Shown: positions 1 to 14,359, counted from the first letter of the stretch. The stretch: 64,000 bases of DNA from the human T2T-CHM13v2.0 reference genome, Homo sapiens (GCF_009914755.1 NC_060927.1), one strand, 5' to 3'. Program-made: numbers and translations. Notes: generated from the letters alone by a model not told the origin.

Positions 1-859
1 AAATTAAAAAATAAAATTGCCTTTCTAGCTTTTTTTTTTAGAATTCTATTAAAAGGACAAGAATAAATGAGAACATTCATTTGCTTTTTAAAATGATCAC
101 ACTTGGGTTTAACCACGGGCAGAGAAGAAACTTTACGGTTCCCTGGGAACCTATAATTTGGAAACGGAAGCACACAAGAACAGACTTTAGTTTTCAGGCA
201 ATAAATTGAAGAGAATTCTGCAGACATATAACAGAAAAGGAGCACAAAACATTGGCTTGTGCATTTTTTAGAAAGTTAGTTTATTAACTCGATAAGCTAC
301 ACATAGAAAAATGCAGCCAAAATCTACAAGGATATCCACTGGGGTTTCAAATTGGTATATTTACTCAGTGAGAAATAGCTAGAGCTTTAAAAAGAAAAAA
401 ATAAATAAAAATAAAAAAATAAAAAAAAAAGGCATCCCATTCTGGAAATGACGATTTAGTGTGAATCTCTGGAAAGACACCTTGTTGAAAAACCTCCATG
501 TGGGCTCTGATGGGACACACAGAAGCCCAAAGCCCCAAGGTCAGACATAAATATCATGCCCAATAATCTGTGTTCTGGGAAAAGCTCTACAGAATTATAC
601 AAGAAAATCACGATCTTTCACATCCACCTTTCACACACAATTCAACATTAACTTGAAGAATGTTTTAATTTTCCTCCTTATTGCCCAAAATGTTTTTTTA
701 ATGCTTTATTGGGAATTTCCATTTACTGGTGTGTGTTCTATATCTGTATTACTCATCAGTGTAAAATAGTTGCAAAGAATTTGTTGGTTGATACTCCCAA
801 TGGTCACTGTCTTCTATGACTAAAAGCTCATTATCAGTCTCTCTGGGAGAAAACTCTAG

Positions 860-1065
860 TAACTGAAGTCCACATATGTCAGGTACTGTGCTAGATTCTT
901 TCATAAACCTTATTTTATTTAACCTGCCCAGGGAGGTAAAGATTGTAATCCCCATTTACAGATGAAAAAAGTAAGGGTCAGAGAGATTCTCTGCCATACT
1001 CAAGGCCCTAAGCTAATAATAATAAGGGCCAGTATTTGAACACTGGCCAGTTCAACTCCACGGTT
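860..1065 (-). mobile_element. MIR SINE fragment
   Basis: MIR core-like text (caggtactgtgctag...cccatttacagatgaaaaaagtaagggtcagagag). Boundaries approximate. Confidence 0.65.
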
Positions 1066-1694
1066 CTGCATCCTTCCCTTCCTGTTCTCCTTGTCAATGC
1101 TCCAAAAAAAATGATTTGAGAAGCTAAATCAAGAACATTCCCTATTCCTGTAGATAGTGGTGATTTCCTCTGAGAAACAATAATTCAAGGTATCTTCAAA
1201 CAAAATTGGGACTCAGAACAAATACTAAACTGCCACCTCTTTCCAATGAGTCAAGTTCGGCTAACTAGGGTGTATTCTTAGTCACTTTATTTACACAATG
1301 TAGACCCACTGGGATCAGAGTGCCAGGCCATGCAGCAGAGGCCGCAAGCCAATGGGCAACTCATGTGCACATGTGCTTCACAGGATCCCAGAGTGTTTAA
1401 AAATTCAACTAACTTTCTAAAATCTATAGATTTCACATACAAATTCCCATTTTATGGACTGTCTTGGATAATCGGAGGTCCCATCACCCTAGGCCCACCT
1501 TTACAGCAGTGTTCAACCAGAGCTTAGTGGCCACTACTCCCTTAGATGAGTAAGGGTTCTTGAGTTCCCTATAGCTCCCCACCACCCTCAACTATATCCA
1601 CACACTAAGGCCACCTACAGCTGAAATTTTTCATTATGCATATGCTATTTTTCTTATAATAGAGAAATATTTCTCCAGGGCTTGTCTCTTTTGA

Positions 1695-2152
1695 TAGACT
1701 GAATGATTGGCCTCAGTTCTCCACCTCTCCTCGTATCTACTCCCGTACATTTTTGTCTTTGTGAGTCAAGTGAACTTTTCCAATCTGTGACTTGGTCATG
1801 TGCTTTGCTTTGGGCCAATGCCAAGGGTGAAAATCACAATATCAGTTCAAGAGTAGGCCTTATGAGGCCTAGTATGTTTTTGCTCATTCTCTTGTGCTTC
1901 AGCAACTGTCATTAGTTTTCCCTGGGTTGCTGACACCTGGCCTCAGAATGAACACGTGTAACAGAGCTGCCCCAGGCACCACGACAGATGTGCAGTGAGT
2001 AGAAGTGCCCAGCCAAACCCACCCTAGAGCAGCTGGGCCAGTTAGTCAACCTGCAAATCTGTAAGAATAAACTATTGGTACTAAAAAGCCACTGCGTTTT
2101 GGGTGATTTGTTGCACAGCACAGCATTATTATGGCAATTGCTAACTGACACA
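1695..2152 (+). mobile_element. Old MaLR LTR (MLT1 family)
   Basis: Contains cttggtcatgtgctttgctttgggccaatg and the typical 3' end cagcattattatggcaattgctaactgacaca. Confidence 0.65.
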
Positions 2153-3412
2153 TCTCTACCAAAAATAAACAATAAAAAACAGGCAGAAAGAACCAGACAT
2201 CATTATTTTTCCTACACACAAGCCTGTTTCTTATGTTAAAAGCCTAGACCCTGAAGACATTTGAGTTTGCAATTTCTGTCGGAAAACTGTAAACTTATTA
2301 AATAAAGAAGACTGGATTTGTAAAATATTTCGTACTGTGCTATATATCCAGGTTTGACTGAGGTGACGCAGGTTTTGTCTATTGCCTTTTGTGTTCTGGT
2401 TTGAACAATAAAAAGCATAGTCACTCTATCTTCATTCAACTTTGTTTCCGACTTTCATACCAACTAGTTGAATCTCTTGGTGCTCTTCTTTGAAGCCTGA
2501 TCCACTAGCTATTATTGTTGTAGGCAATACTCTACATGATATTTTTCTGGATATAATACCTGTTGGGTTGGTTGAAATCATGAAGCCAGTGTATCCAATT
2601 GTTACCAAATGCTTGTGTAGAATAAATCAAAATTAACAGGCGCCAATGCCACAACCACCAACCAGCCAAGCTAAATCCTGGCTGACTGACACTTAAAGCT
2701 TAACAGGCTAACGTGTAAACAGGAAATGCTCAAAACAATAGCAATATTAAAAAAGGCAAGTGCCTCCAGAAAGTTTTGGCAGTAATTACTACATCTGAGC
2801 ACATCTGCTTAACAATCCAGGAAAGTGGGAGGTTTACTCTCTATTAACCTTAACCAGAGACATTTTCATCAAAATTAATCGTGATTACTTTTTATTGCAT
2901 TTCAAATGCTATCCTTTATTTGGGGTGGTCAGGAATGCAACTAAGCAATTCCAGACCATGCTATCTTTTATGAAGAGGTTATGAGGTAGTTATCAAGGCC
3001 TCTTATGAAAATATTGCTATACAAAAGTTCATGGGCCAAAACAAGACATTAATTTCCATAACTATATGTGTCCTCAGAAAAGAAGAAATTACTATATATA
3101 GAAAAGACAAAAACTTTGATGCTCATTGTATATCAGATTAGAACTGTAGAAATACCTCTGCATATAGTAAACAAATCGTTTTTAATGTTTCATTTGCCTT
3201 TTCCTTGTTATTATAACAACCATTAGTCATGAATGCTTATTTTGGGCATGGTCTGTACCCAAGTACAATTCTAAATTATTTATATGCCTTGACTCTTTAA
3301 CTCTCACAACTACTCTGGAGCAGATGCAATTATTATCCTTGTTTTACGGAATAATACACCATAGCAAGGTGAGCCCTAAGATCAGGTCGTCTTTAAAGTT
3401 CTGGGCCCACCT

Positions 3413-3723
<311 letters not shown>

Positions 3724-4749
3724 CTACTATTGTCTCACTATTCAGTGAACACTCCAAATCAAGCATCAATGTAAAGGGCCTTCAGTGACACCAGAAGGCA
3801 TGTCTAGGACACAGAGAAAGGAAAAAAAAAATACCTAATATTGACTAACTAGTCCTCATGTGCCATGCTCTATGCAAGGTATTTCCTTGTATTTCCTACA
3901 CTGGAATAATTACTGATTTCTCTTTTGGCCAATTAAAAAGATGAACTATGAGTACATATTGAAATTATCTAACTTCTCCTATCTCCAAGGAGGAAACCTA
4001 ATATATAACTGGAGAAAGACACTAATTAATAACCAAAATTTAACATGAACTCCGGCCAACTTGAACTGCTCTGTTTAAAGGCACACTGGAATAAATAAAG
4101 AAACTTCAAAGCAAATGCCCTGTTTTAGCTTGAATGTTTTATTGAGTACATGGGGAACACTCCTTGGCCAAAAATAAGGGTGGTTAATGAGGAAAAATTG
4201 GTGTTTCCAGTGAGTTGGTTTGTTTCTAAGATATGGCTGTCCATTGAAAGATAACTATATTCACAGAGAAGACAGAATAATGATCTGTGTCTGAGCTTCA
4301 CAGTCTTGAACAAAACAAAACTGGTTTTGTAAACTGTCTGGGATCAGCTGAATGTATCCTCACCCAAATACCTTCTGTGATAATACACACACATTTGCCT
4401 TCTTCTATTCCCAAAACAATTTAAATATAAATTGAAAAGGAAGACATTTCTATGTTTTAAGTTTCTTGCCAACTATATAAATGCAGCCCTTACCTTTTAA
4501 GGTGAGGTACAGGAACCAAAAGACTCTGCCTTGTATTTCCAGGCTCTACCGTAATTGGCTTTTCATGGCCACCATTCTGAAAATGATGACCCTCCCTGGG
4601 AAAGACCTACTGGGTTCCCTGTTAGTGCTAGACTCAGGGCAAAGGCAAAGTCCACCATTTCTGTGCATATTTTCTGGCACCAATGGTGACATTTCTGAGA
4701 GAGTCCATCTCTAGTTATTTAGCGATTAAGAAGAGAAGCCTGTGCTTAC

Positions 4750-4885
4750 CTGCAAATGCTGTGAGTTGTCAGCCATGCTGTCTTCTCGCCTGCGCACTTC
4801 TTCTAGTAACTGAGCATTTTTCTTCTTTTCCAACTGTTGATTGTGCTTGAGGTTGGCCACCTTCTTATTCTGATCTTTCATATGC
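4750..4885 (-). CDS. ERC2: ERC2 coding exon, 136 nt, phase 2/0 (HMKDQNKKVANLKHNQQLEKKKNAQLLEEVRRREDSMADNSQHLQ)
   Basis: Minus strand reads gacttttctcag|GCATATG...TTGCAG|gtaagc. It has 1 nt plus 45 codons, and the phase matches the upstream exons ending in AG. Confidence 0.97.
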
Positions 4886-5014
4886 CTGAGAAAAGTCAGC
4901 ACAGCTTGGTTAAATTCTACCACTGGAAGATCATATGTTATCACAAATAGATTCAGGAAGTACTAAGTATAGGCTATCTGGATAAGGGCTTGGGAAAAAG
5001 ATGATACTTCTGAA

Positions 5015-5535
5015 TAATCCATTCATTCAACTACAAATATGTATTGAGCATCCACTTAATACCAGGTCCCAGGACGGCACTGGGGCTGCAGTGGCAAATG
5101 GGGCAGGTATAATCTTCACTCTCATGGAGCTTAGAGGCCAGTGGGCAAGATGGACAAGTACCAAGGAAACACAACTTAGGTTTCTTAACGTTGAAGGAAA
5201 CAAATAGCATGCTGTGAGAGACAGTGATGTGCATGTGTGGACAGGTGGTGGAGTGGAAGGAGATGACTTTAGATGCTGTGGCCAGGGAAAGCCTCCCTAG
5301 CAAAGTGAGACTGTGGGTGAGACTACAAGGAGCTAACCAAGAGAAACACCAGTGGCAGAGCTCCCAAGTAGAGAGAACAATGCGTGTAATTTCCAAGACA
5401 GGAAAGAAAAAACTGGAAGGCTGCAGTGAGGCTAATCCAGGGAAGGGTGGATGTGGGTGGGAGATGGGACTGCACAGGTAGGCAGGGCCCAGGCTCATAG
5501 GGCCTCTGGTCCATGATACAGCATTTATTTTCTTC
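5015..5535 (-). mobile_element. L2 LINE 3' fragment
   Basis: cattcattcaac...tattgagcatccact terminus followed by L2-like degenerate sequence. Boundaries approximate. Confidence 0.6.
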
Positions 5536-6342
5536 TAATTGGTTGCTGTTCTAATTATTATTATTATTCTTTTGGATCATGTTCTTATTCTGAGATCATA
5601 ATCCATTACTTTGATTTTAAAATAACAATTATGAGGCTCCAATCAAATACATTGTCATCACTTAGCTCAAACACAATAACAGTTTGGCTAATCATAATGT
5701 TAAATAAAGCTCTGGGGCTTGGAGTAAAACTTCTTAATGAATCTACAGGATGTCAAAGTGCAAAATCATAAAGTGATCAAGTGAGTAAAAGACTAAAGAT
5801 AAAGAATGGGTTCAAGAAAACAACAATGGGAATTATAAGCTTAATGTGTACTATTGCACCAGCAGCTTTTAGCAAAACATTCCACAGATTTAGGCAACCA
5901 TGTCCACAGCAGCTGTCATAAATCTAATCCAACACATGAGGAGGTAGGAGGGCAGTACGGAGGGCTCGGGAGCATTGACACAAGAGGAGGGACGAGCAGC
6001 AGAATCATTTGGGGTCCTTTCGGATCCCTTTCCCCCATACCACAGCATTGCCAGGTCAACCACTGTTACTGAGCCCTGACTCAGTAAAAAACATACTGAG
6101 AATCACTGCTGTTTTAAAATGTAAACAAGATGAGAACTAGATGATAAACAGCAAACGTGAAATTGAAACAATTAAAATCAAATGAAAACTGCTCTCCGCA
6201 AGAAACTCTTATTTCTAGTCCTCATAAATTATGTACCCCCCTACTCTCTCCCATTCCAAGCAAACGAAGCACAAGAGCATTGTTTAGTTAGTAGAATAAT
6301 ATTATCTAGTACTAACAGTGTACTCCTTGCTAATAAAAACAG

Positions 6343-6462
6343 TCCGAGGGTGCAGCGGCTCATGCCTGTAGTCCCAGCTACTCGGAAGTCTGAGGCAGGA
6401 GGATCGCTTGAGCCCAGGAGTTAGACCACCCTGTGCAACATAGCAAGGCCCCATCTCTAAAA
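6343..6462 (+). mobile_element. Free Alu monomer (FLAM/FAM-like)
   Basis: Single monomer containing ggatcgcttgagcccaggag. The tail runs into a microsatellite. Confidence 0.8.
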
Positions 6463-6488
6463 CACACACAAACACACACACACACACA

Positions 6489-6530
<42 letters not shown>
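6463..6530. repeat. Compound (CA)n(TA)n microsatellite
   Basis: Directly visible CA run followed by about 19 TA units. Confidence 0.95.
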
Positions 6531-6532
<2 letters not shown>

Positions 6533-7224
6533 TGAACACTTTGTCTTCTTATGAATATTTACACTAACTGAAGCCATGATTTAAATATTATTGGTAGCAC
6601 TTATTAAGAGGACATAAAGTATGATATAATAACCATCTCCTTAGTCTTTGAGTTGCATTAATTTTTGTCCAATATTTCTCCATTTTTACCTGATACAGCA
6701 ACATACACACGTGAAGCCACCAAGTCAAACTTGCATGCTAATCCACTTTGAGGAAATTATCTTTTGGTTAGTATAAAGATGTTAAGAATGCCCTCTTGCT
6801 TTCTAATTGAATGAGGACACAGTATTTCCAAAGCCCATGCTAACCTAAGGCAGGCGCATTTTCCAGTTCCTTAGGAAATAAGGCCAGAGCTCAGTAACAG
6901 GATGTTATGGAGAGGTCAGGATGATTAGTGTGATTGTTTAATTAGAGGGTACTTTTAAAAAGAAATAATCTTATTACTTTAGAATACAGTGTTAAATAGA
7001 ACCAACTGCTAAAAGTCCCCCTGCCCCAAGTATGGGTGACAAATACAGATTATTATTACAAACATCATTTGCACAGTGAAAGAGCTCCCACAAAGTTCTT
7101 GGAGCAGTCTGAACACAGTGACCTTACTTTCAGGGATACTGCAATGTTTTTTCAATCCCAAAGAAAAAAGCATATTCTAAACCCACGTGTCCCTTAAAGC
7201 TTTCCTGAATTAAGAAAGAGTGGC

Positions 7225-7621
<397 letters not shown>

Positions 7622-8391
7622 TTAAGACAACAGTGACTGAAAATGGAAAGTTGGGTTTTGAATGGCACTGCTTAGGATTTGGGCCAATTAGAGAGATGCA
7701 GAGCAAGGTGGATGAGAATGATCATCTTGTCTTTGTTCATGAAACTGTCAATAGCTACATATAGTGTCCACACTCTCCTGAAGTAGTTCCACAGTTTTCA
7801 CACATATTTCTAGCAGTTGAAGCCTTTCTTTTACTTAATGCTTACTTGAAAGTCAAAAGGGAAAAGAAGGATTTCTCTGGCACAGGTAGGAAAGAAGCAA
7901 GAAGTGGGGTGGAATAGGTGAGCAGAGCCTCACTACCAGATAACCCCTCTCTCAAGTGTTTCTCAGGGAAGCCCTAAGGCTACCTGAAACACATGTTAAA
8001 ATGGCAATTTATAAGGGATACAGGTAGAGGAGTCATGAAATTTAAAAATACTAGATCTCTTAGAGAAGAGAAAATGCCCTCACAGATGCTCAGTGAAAAA
8101 ATGACCACAGTGATTTTTGCTAGCAACAACTTCAGCATTTGTAAGAATAAAATCTATAAGTGACCTATCAGTCTCCACATCTTCCCCTACCTGCAGAAGT
8201 ACACCCACACTGAATGAATCAAAGTGCTAAATTCAGTACAGCTTTCAAATGTCTCCACAATCTAGAAGGTAAGGCCCCTGGTCGTGGAGACTGCAATGCC
8301 TTCTTACTATCCTGCCCCAGAACCAAGTATCACTCTTTTCCAAATCCCCATCCACTTGGCAAGGCTCTGCAAGAGACTGACTTGCTCCATT

Positions 8392-8395
<4 letters not shown>

Positions 8396-8426
<31 letters not shown>
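8396..8426. repeat. Poly(A) tract of about 31 nt
   Basis: Directly visible. Confidence 0.95.
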
Positions 8427-8427
<1 letters not shown>

Positions 8428-8899
8428 TTTCTTTGGGGTGAAATTTTTCTCCAGAAAAAAAAAAACAGCATTACGAATACATGCAAAATGCAAATCTTAA
8501 AAAGATAAAAACAATTATGGTAAAAGAAGTATTTGGAAAATATAGTGGTAAGGTTAGTTTTCAATGTTTAATTTAAATTTACCAGTTTCATAAATCAAGG
8601 GATGTCACTATTCAAAATTCAGTTGCCATCAAGGAATTTGAATTAAATTAAAAATTTCCAACAGGTTCAAGGTCAACAATGACTACCATATTAAGAAAGC
8701 ATGTCAGAGAGAACAGAATCCTGCCATTTTCACTAGAATTATCTGTCAAATTCTAAGAATAAAGTGTTCTCTAACTTGCTGGTGAGAACGTGTCAGACTC
8801 TGAGACCTCTAGAATTACATAGCTAGGAGTGCAGGACAGGAGATGCATATGTTTGTCCAAGGGCATATGCATATTTGCAAAACAAGGAGAAAATCAAAA

Positions 8900-9550
8900 C
8901 TTATTTTAAAATCTCAATAGAAACAAAAAGATGCCACTTTTTTACCCATCTGCTTTCAAAAACTTTTAAAGATTGGTAATATTCATTGTTGGAAAGAATG
9001 CAGGAATCTAGCTCTCTCATATTGGTCAGGAGGAGTATAATTAACGAAAGTATTTTTGGAAATCAATTTGGCAATTTCCACCAAAGCATGCCTTCCTTTT
9101 GCCCAAGTAAACCCTTCTTCTAGTAAAACAGCCTACAAAAGTGCTTGCACATGTGCACAAATATATATATATAAATAATATATAAACATTTCCATTACAA
9201 CTGTAAAAGTAAAAATTTGAAAATTGCCTAATCATCCATCAGAAGGAAACTGAAGAAATTAAGTATATTCATAATATAAAATCAGGCTCGCTAAAAAGAT
9301 TAAGGCAAAGGACATGGAAAAGCCTTCAGGATATACTGTTACTCAAAAAAGCAGGTAGCAGAAATATAAATAATACATATAGTCTGATCTTATTTATGTT
9401 AAAATAGGAATGCCTATTTGGATGTATATAGACACACATGCATATGAACGGAAACTCCTGGAAACTCCACACCAGTCTATAAAAACAGTGGTCATGACTG
9501 AAGAAGGGAATAGTTTTGGGAGGAAATGGGATCTTCAATTTATACTGTAT
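8900..9550 (+). mobile_element. Ancient L1M (L1ME-like) 3' fragment
   Basis: Degenerate L1 ORF2-end and 3'UTR text (tttttggaaatcaatttggcaat, ggacatggaaagccttcaggatatactgtt). Boundaries approximate. Confidence 0.55.
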
Positions 9551-9554
9551 GGTG

Positions 9555-9562
<8 letters not shown>

Positions 9563-9590
<28 letters not shown>
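9563..9590. repeat. (TG)n microsatellite
   Basis: Directly visible. Confidence 0.95.
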
Positions 9591-9592
<2 letters not shown>

Positions 9593-9599
9593 GTGGGGT

Positions 9600-10075
9600 A
9601 TAAATACACACATGAAGATGCACAAATATTAAGTGTACAAGTCAAAGGTTTTTGTTCAATCAAAATATAGAGCATTGCCATCACCCTGCCTCATGGCCCT
9701 TCCCTCTTCCCAGAAGTGATCACTACTCTAATCTTTATTTATATGGATTTCTTTTGTTTACTCTTGAACTTTATATACATGGAATCATATCGTACATAAC
9801 CTTTTGTATCTGTCATCTTTTGCTTAGCATAAAGGTTTGAGATTTATTATTCATATTGTTGTTTGTATTACAGTTCATTGCTTATTGCTGAGTACTATTC
9901 CATTATATGAATACACTATAATTTGATTAGCTATTTCCTTGTTAATGGATATTTGGGCTGTTTCATTTTCTTTTACTGTTAAGAATAAAGTTGCAATGAA
10001 CATTCTTATACCAGTCTTTTTGTGGATATATGCATTCATTTCTCTTGGACAAATAAGTAGATGCATGTTTAACTG
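9600..10075 (-). mobile_element. Ancient L1M 3' fragment, reverse orientation
   Basis: Contains ttcattgcttattgctgagtactattccatt...gcaatgaacattcttata...tctttttgtggatatatgcattcatttctcttgg. Confidence 0.7.
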
Positions 10076-10137
10076 CAAGTGTAAAATGGCACAATCCCAT
10101 GAAAGACTATTTCTCAGCCATATGAATCTTCTAGGGA

Positions 10138-10345
10138 GAGCAGTGGCTAAACCTCGGAAGCAGACTGCCTGGGCTCCCATCAGAAGTCTGCCATTTCTAG
10201 CTGCGTGGCCATGGGCAAGCTTCTTAACCTTTGTGCCTAAGCTTCCTCACATATACAAGGAAAACAATAACTGTATCTAACTCATAGGGTGATTGTGAGG
10301 GGTTGATGAGTTAGTACTGGTAAAATGTTTAGAACAGACCGCAGC
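10138..10345 (+). mobile_element. MIR SINE
   Basis: Core ggccatgggcaagcttcttaacctttgtgcctaagcttcctcacat...ctcatagggtgattgtgagg. Confidence 0.7.
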
Positions 10346-11574
10346 ATGTTCACTCTTTCACTCTTAGCTTACAGTAAGAAGAATGTAATCATGTCTTGTG
10401 CAATATTGTGCACACATATTTAGTGTCTTTTTACCCATTTCAGAACAGCAAGTATTCCAAATACCTCAAACAATGGACTTTGGAATGCATTATTGAATGC
10501 TTTATGTCACACATTTAGCTCCCACTTACACTCTCCTTAATAATGAGATGAGTTACATTCCTAGCAGGTTATCCTAATGGAAGCATTGCAGGAAGCTCAT
10601 GACAGCCATAGGTAAGTAAGCTGGGATCCTGAAATGACTGCTCAAGTAGATGGGCCACACACACACGACAGAAGCTGACAATGCACATTGCATGCAGAAT
10701 TTCCAATAATAGAAGCTTTTACTTGTAACCACTGAGATTATTTCATTTTTTTTTTGAAGCTTGTAAATACCATTCAGTACTCCAGCAAAGCTATAAATTT
10801 TAGGAAGCTTTCATAAATATTCTAAGGATTTTTTTTTATAGCAAGCATAAATGTGCTAAATGTCATGAGCATGATATCCTTTCCAGGAAGAGAAAGGATC
10901 TGGCCTGCTGTGGCAACTTGAACCTAACTCTCCTCCCAGCAAAGAGCCAGAAGCCAGAGCAAGGTCTGAAGACTTAGCTCCAGGATAAGCCAGATCTCGT
11001 GGACTTTTGCACCTTGTGGCAGCCTCTCCAGAACAGCCCAGCTGTTTGGCTACTAGTTTTGATCATGGTCAACTGCATAAGTCCTTGTCCAAGCCATGCA
11101 GCAGGATGCCCAAGCCCACATCCCCACATTTTCCATCCTGGCTTCCCTCCTTGCTTTATTCTTCCTCCTCTCCCTACCGATGGTCCTTGCTCCCCTGAGG
11201 TGAGTACCATCGCGCATTGTGTCTTCCACCTCCTCTGTGGTGCTTGGGGCTACACAAGGGCCCAGAGACAAAGCCACCCTCAGTTAAATCTCACAACGCC
11301 AACATACTTAAAAAAGACATCATTTGTCATTTACCAGGCCAGCAGGACACACCAAGAACATGATAACATAGCATAAGATAGCTAAAAGAAAGGTGTCAAA
11401 GGGAGTGTCCAGATTTGAAAACTTGAGAAGTAGAACGTCCTGGAGGGAAAGACAATTTTAGCCTCCACCTTGTAGCATCAGGCCCCACTAGCAAAACCCT
11501 CCTTCAGGAAGATGTTCCTATTCCTTGTTCAGCCTGATAAAATGGTTGAATCATATGTGACCAAGGGGACCAAG

Positions 11575-11765
11575 AGGCAGTGCAGTAAGATGTCCAAGAT
11601 CAAGGACTTTGTTGCCAGGTCAGCTGCATTCTTATTGCAGCGGCATCCCTTACCAAGTCTGTAACCCTAGTCAAGTTATCTCATTAGGGGATGGGGACAT
11701 GAAATGATTTAATAAACCTAAGGCTCTTAAAATAGTTCCTGGCACACAGTGAGTGCTTTATAAAT
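11575..11765 (+). mobile_element. MIR SINE fragment
   Basis: Contains gtaaccctagtcaagttat...tagttcctggcacacagtgagtgcttta. Confidence 0.55.
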
Positions 11766-11770
11766 AACAG

Positions 11771-13378
11771 TGTCACAGGATCCTTAGGGTGTTCCTCCAC
11801 CAGCTGGAAACCTCTGTGGCCAGCCGCACCCCTGCTTGGGTTTTGCTTGAGGCCACAAGCAAAGTGGGTTCGTTCAACCCACTTGACCCAGCAGGCTGTG
11901 CTCGGCTCACACTACCACCTCAGATCCCATGCCTGCCAAGGGCAAGCCAGGCATGGAGTGATGAGGGGTGTGTGAGCAAGCATGGGGTCTGACTACTACG
12001 CACAGCCAGGTGTTCCAGCTGCAGTGGGGAGGAGGGGGGGGCAGCTCCAGGCGCCTGCTCCGTGTGAGGCTGCAGCTGGACCAGGTGTACCACAAGCAAC
12101 TTCCACTGCGGGCACCAGGAAATGCGGTGGTACCTGGAAGCTTGGAGACACCAGGTACCACAGAGCCTCAGAGAGGGTGTCACAGCCCTGGCTCCGGGAG
12201 ACCCTAGGTCTGGGCTTCCCAAAGAGCCGCAGCTGTTCTCTCCTTCTCACCGCCCACTATATGGTGAGTTGGGGGTGTGTTTCAGTCCTGTTTCTGTTCA
12301 GCTCTTTCTGTCCCACCATTCAGTGGGTCGTAAGTTCTTGTCCCACTTCCAGGAAGAATGAAGTATATGGACAACTGGAGGGTGAGCAAGGTAGAGAGGA
12401 GCTTCACTGAGTGACAGAACGGCTCTCAGGAGACCCGAAATGGGTAGCTCTTTTCTGCAGGCAGGTCATCCCAATGAGTGTTCAGCTCTCAGCAGGTAGC
12501 TCCTGGCTACTCGTGGCAGGTAGCTCCTATCCACAGGCAGGTTGTCCTGAAGAGTCGAGGAGATCTGAAGCAGGTAGCTCCTTCCCACAGCTGGTAGTCC
12601 CAACATCTGTGTGAATCTGGATGAGTCCAGGGTTTTCATGGGCTCAGAAGGGAGAAAGTGCATGCTGATTGTTCCATGGGTGGCCATGGGCAGGCCCAGA
12701 AAAGGCATCATAAGTTCTCACTCTGGGCTTCAGACTCCACCCAGAACAGGCAGCCCAGCCCCCAGGCTTCAGTCTGTCCCTGGCTTGAAGGTGGGGCTTC
12801 ACCAGGGATCTGTCCCTTTCTGCCCAGAAACCTGTCTGCCTCCCACTGCCATCAACATGCCATCCACAGTGCCCAGGATATTCATGTAGAGGGGTGCCTG
12901 CAGGCCCATGCCAAGCCATCCTCAGCACCCCTGGCCTCCCACCTGTGCTCGTCAGCACCCAAAGTCTAGAGAGGGCCGAGGCAACAGGAAGCTGGAGTGT
13001 CAGTGCTGCCCTGAGCATGCGCGCACCTGGCCAGGTTGCAGCAGCGCCCAGGCTTGGCCACAACTTTGCTCCACACAGGAGCAGCCACCAGGAGTGGGAA
13101 GAGGACAGGGAGCAGGAACAGGCACTTCTGAGCCTGTGGGCACTGGGGGCTTCCCGGCCCCTGAGAGCGCAGGGATGCATGGGCCCAGAGCCACAGCTGG
13201 GAAGCTGCAGCTGTGCCCAGGAGCATGGAGCTTCTGCTGTGCCAACTCAGTAAGGGGCAGGGCTCCAGCCTGTTCTTGGATCCCGCTGGACCCACAGAGC
13301 ATGCAACCCCAGCTGTGCCTCCCCACTGCAGCCAGTATCTTTGCAGCAGCCACTCCAGACGGTCCACTGCAGCCATCA
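11771..13378 (-). mobile_element. MER52-family ERV1 solo LTR of about 1.6 kb
   Basis: GC-rich block whose minus strand begins TGATGGCTGCAGTGGACCGTCTGGAG and ends GGATCCTGTGACA (TG...CA). It has internal caggtagctcct repeats and flanks acag/agag, a degenerate 4-bp TSD. Family assigned from memory of the consensus. Confidence 0.85.
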
Positions 13379-14359
13379 AGAGCCTGATCCCCCTGCCCCA
13401 ACCCTCTTCTAGAGCACTTATCTACTCCCCCACTTCACTCACCATTGACTTTCCTACCCAAGCCAAGAAAACCTTGGGAGCAATCTTAGCAGGTGACACA
13501 GCAGAAGGTAACAATTAGCAAAAGAAGGGTTTATTTTCCTTGTAGATATTTCACTCTGGCGGAGGTTCTGAAGGGCTGATTCCTTCTAACATTCTCCCGT
13601 ATTCTGACCCTGAAACCTCCCCCAAATATGGATGTAACACCACCTTAAATGTAAACAGAACCCAGTGCCTGAAAGCCAATGCTAAGAAATGATAGAGCCT
13701 ATTCAGGAAGACCCCAAGGATGGAGAGCAGAGAGATCCTGGGTGACTGCAGATGCCCTCCTACCCCTCCTGATGGACTTGGTAAGATTGGCATGAGCCCA
13801 TAGGAAACTCCAAGGAAAAAGGCAAGCCAGCTTTCTCATCCTCCTCAGAACTCAATGTTGAACCCACAGGCATCTAATAATAAGATGCTCTTCCTTGCGA
13901 GCAGACCACACACAGATGTCAGGGCCACGTGATTAACTAACGAGCCTGGCTCTGATTTACTATTTACCAAACAAATTTCTTATCACTTGGCCTCCCATCT
14001 AGGTCTGGTGAGCCAGAGAGCACAGGGTGGTCATGTAGGGCTGAGAATAGTGGCCCTGGGATGGTTATTTTTCACATTGTTAAGCATTAAATATGTTGTC
14101 ACAGTACATCGCTCTCACTGTAGACTAGACTATATGCTCCGGATTCCTGGTCCACATGGTCAAAGCTGGTGGCAGATGCACTTCCAGGAGGGTTCAAAGC
14201 AGGGTTCCTCTGCCATCTGTGCCCGCATGAAAATATCCCCTGCTTCAGTATGTTGTGGCTCCACATATCCACCTGGTGCCTCAAAGCCCTGCCCAGAGCC
14301 AATAGCGCAGGAGTGCAAACAGGGAAACATTGCTCCTGCTTCCATGAGAGCTGAAGCCA

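Noticed and set aside
11789-13518. Dense stack of overlapping ORFs of up to 178 aa on both strands
   Set aside because: They lie almost entirely in the GC-rich MER52 LTR, where stop codons are scarce, and show no recognisable protein features.
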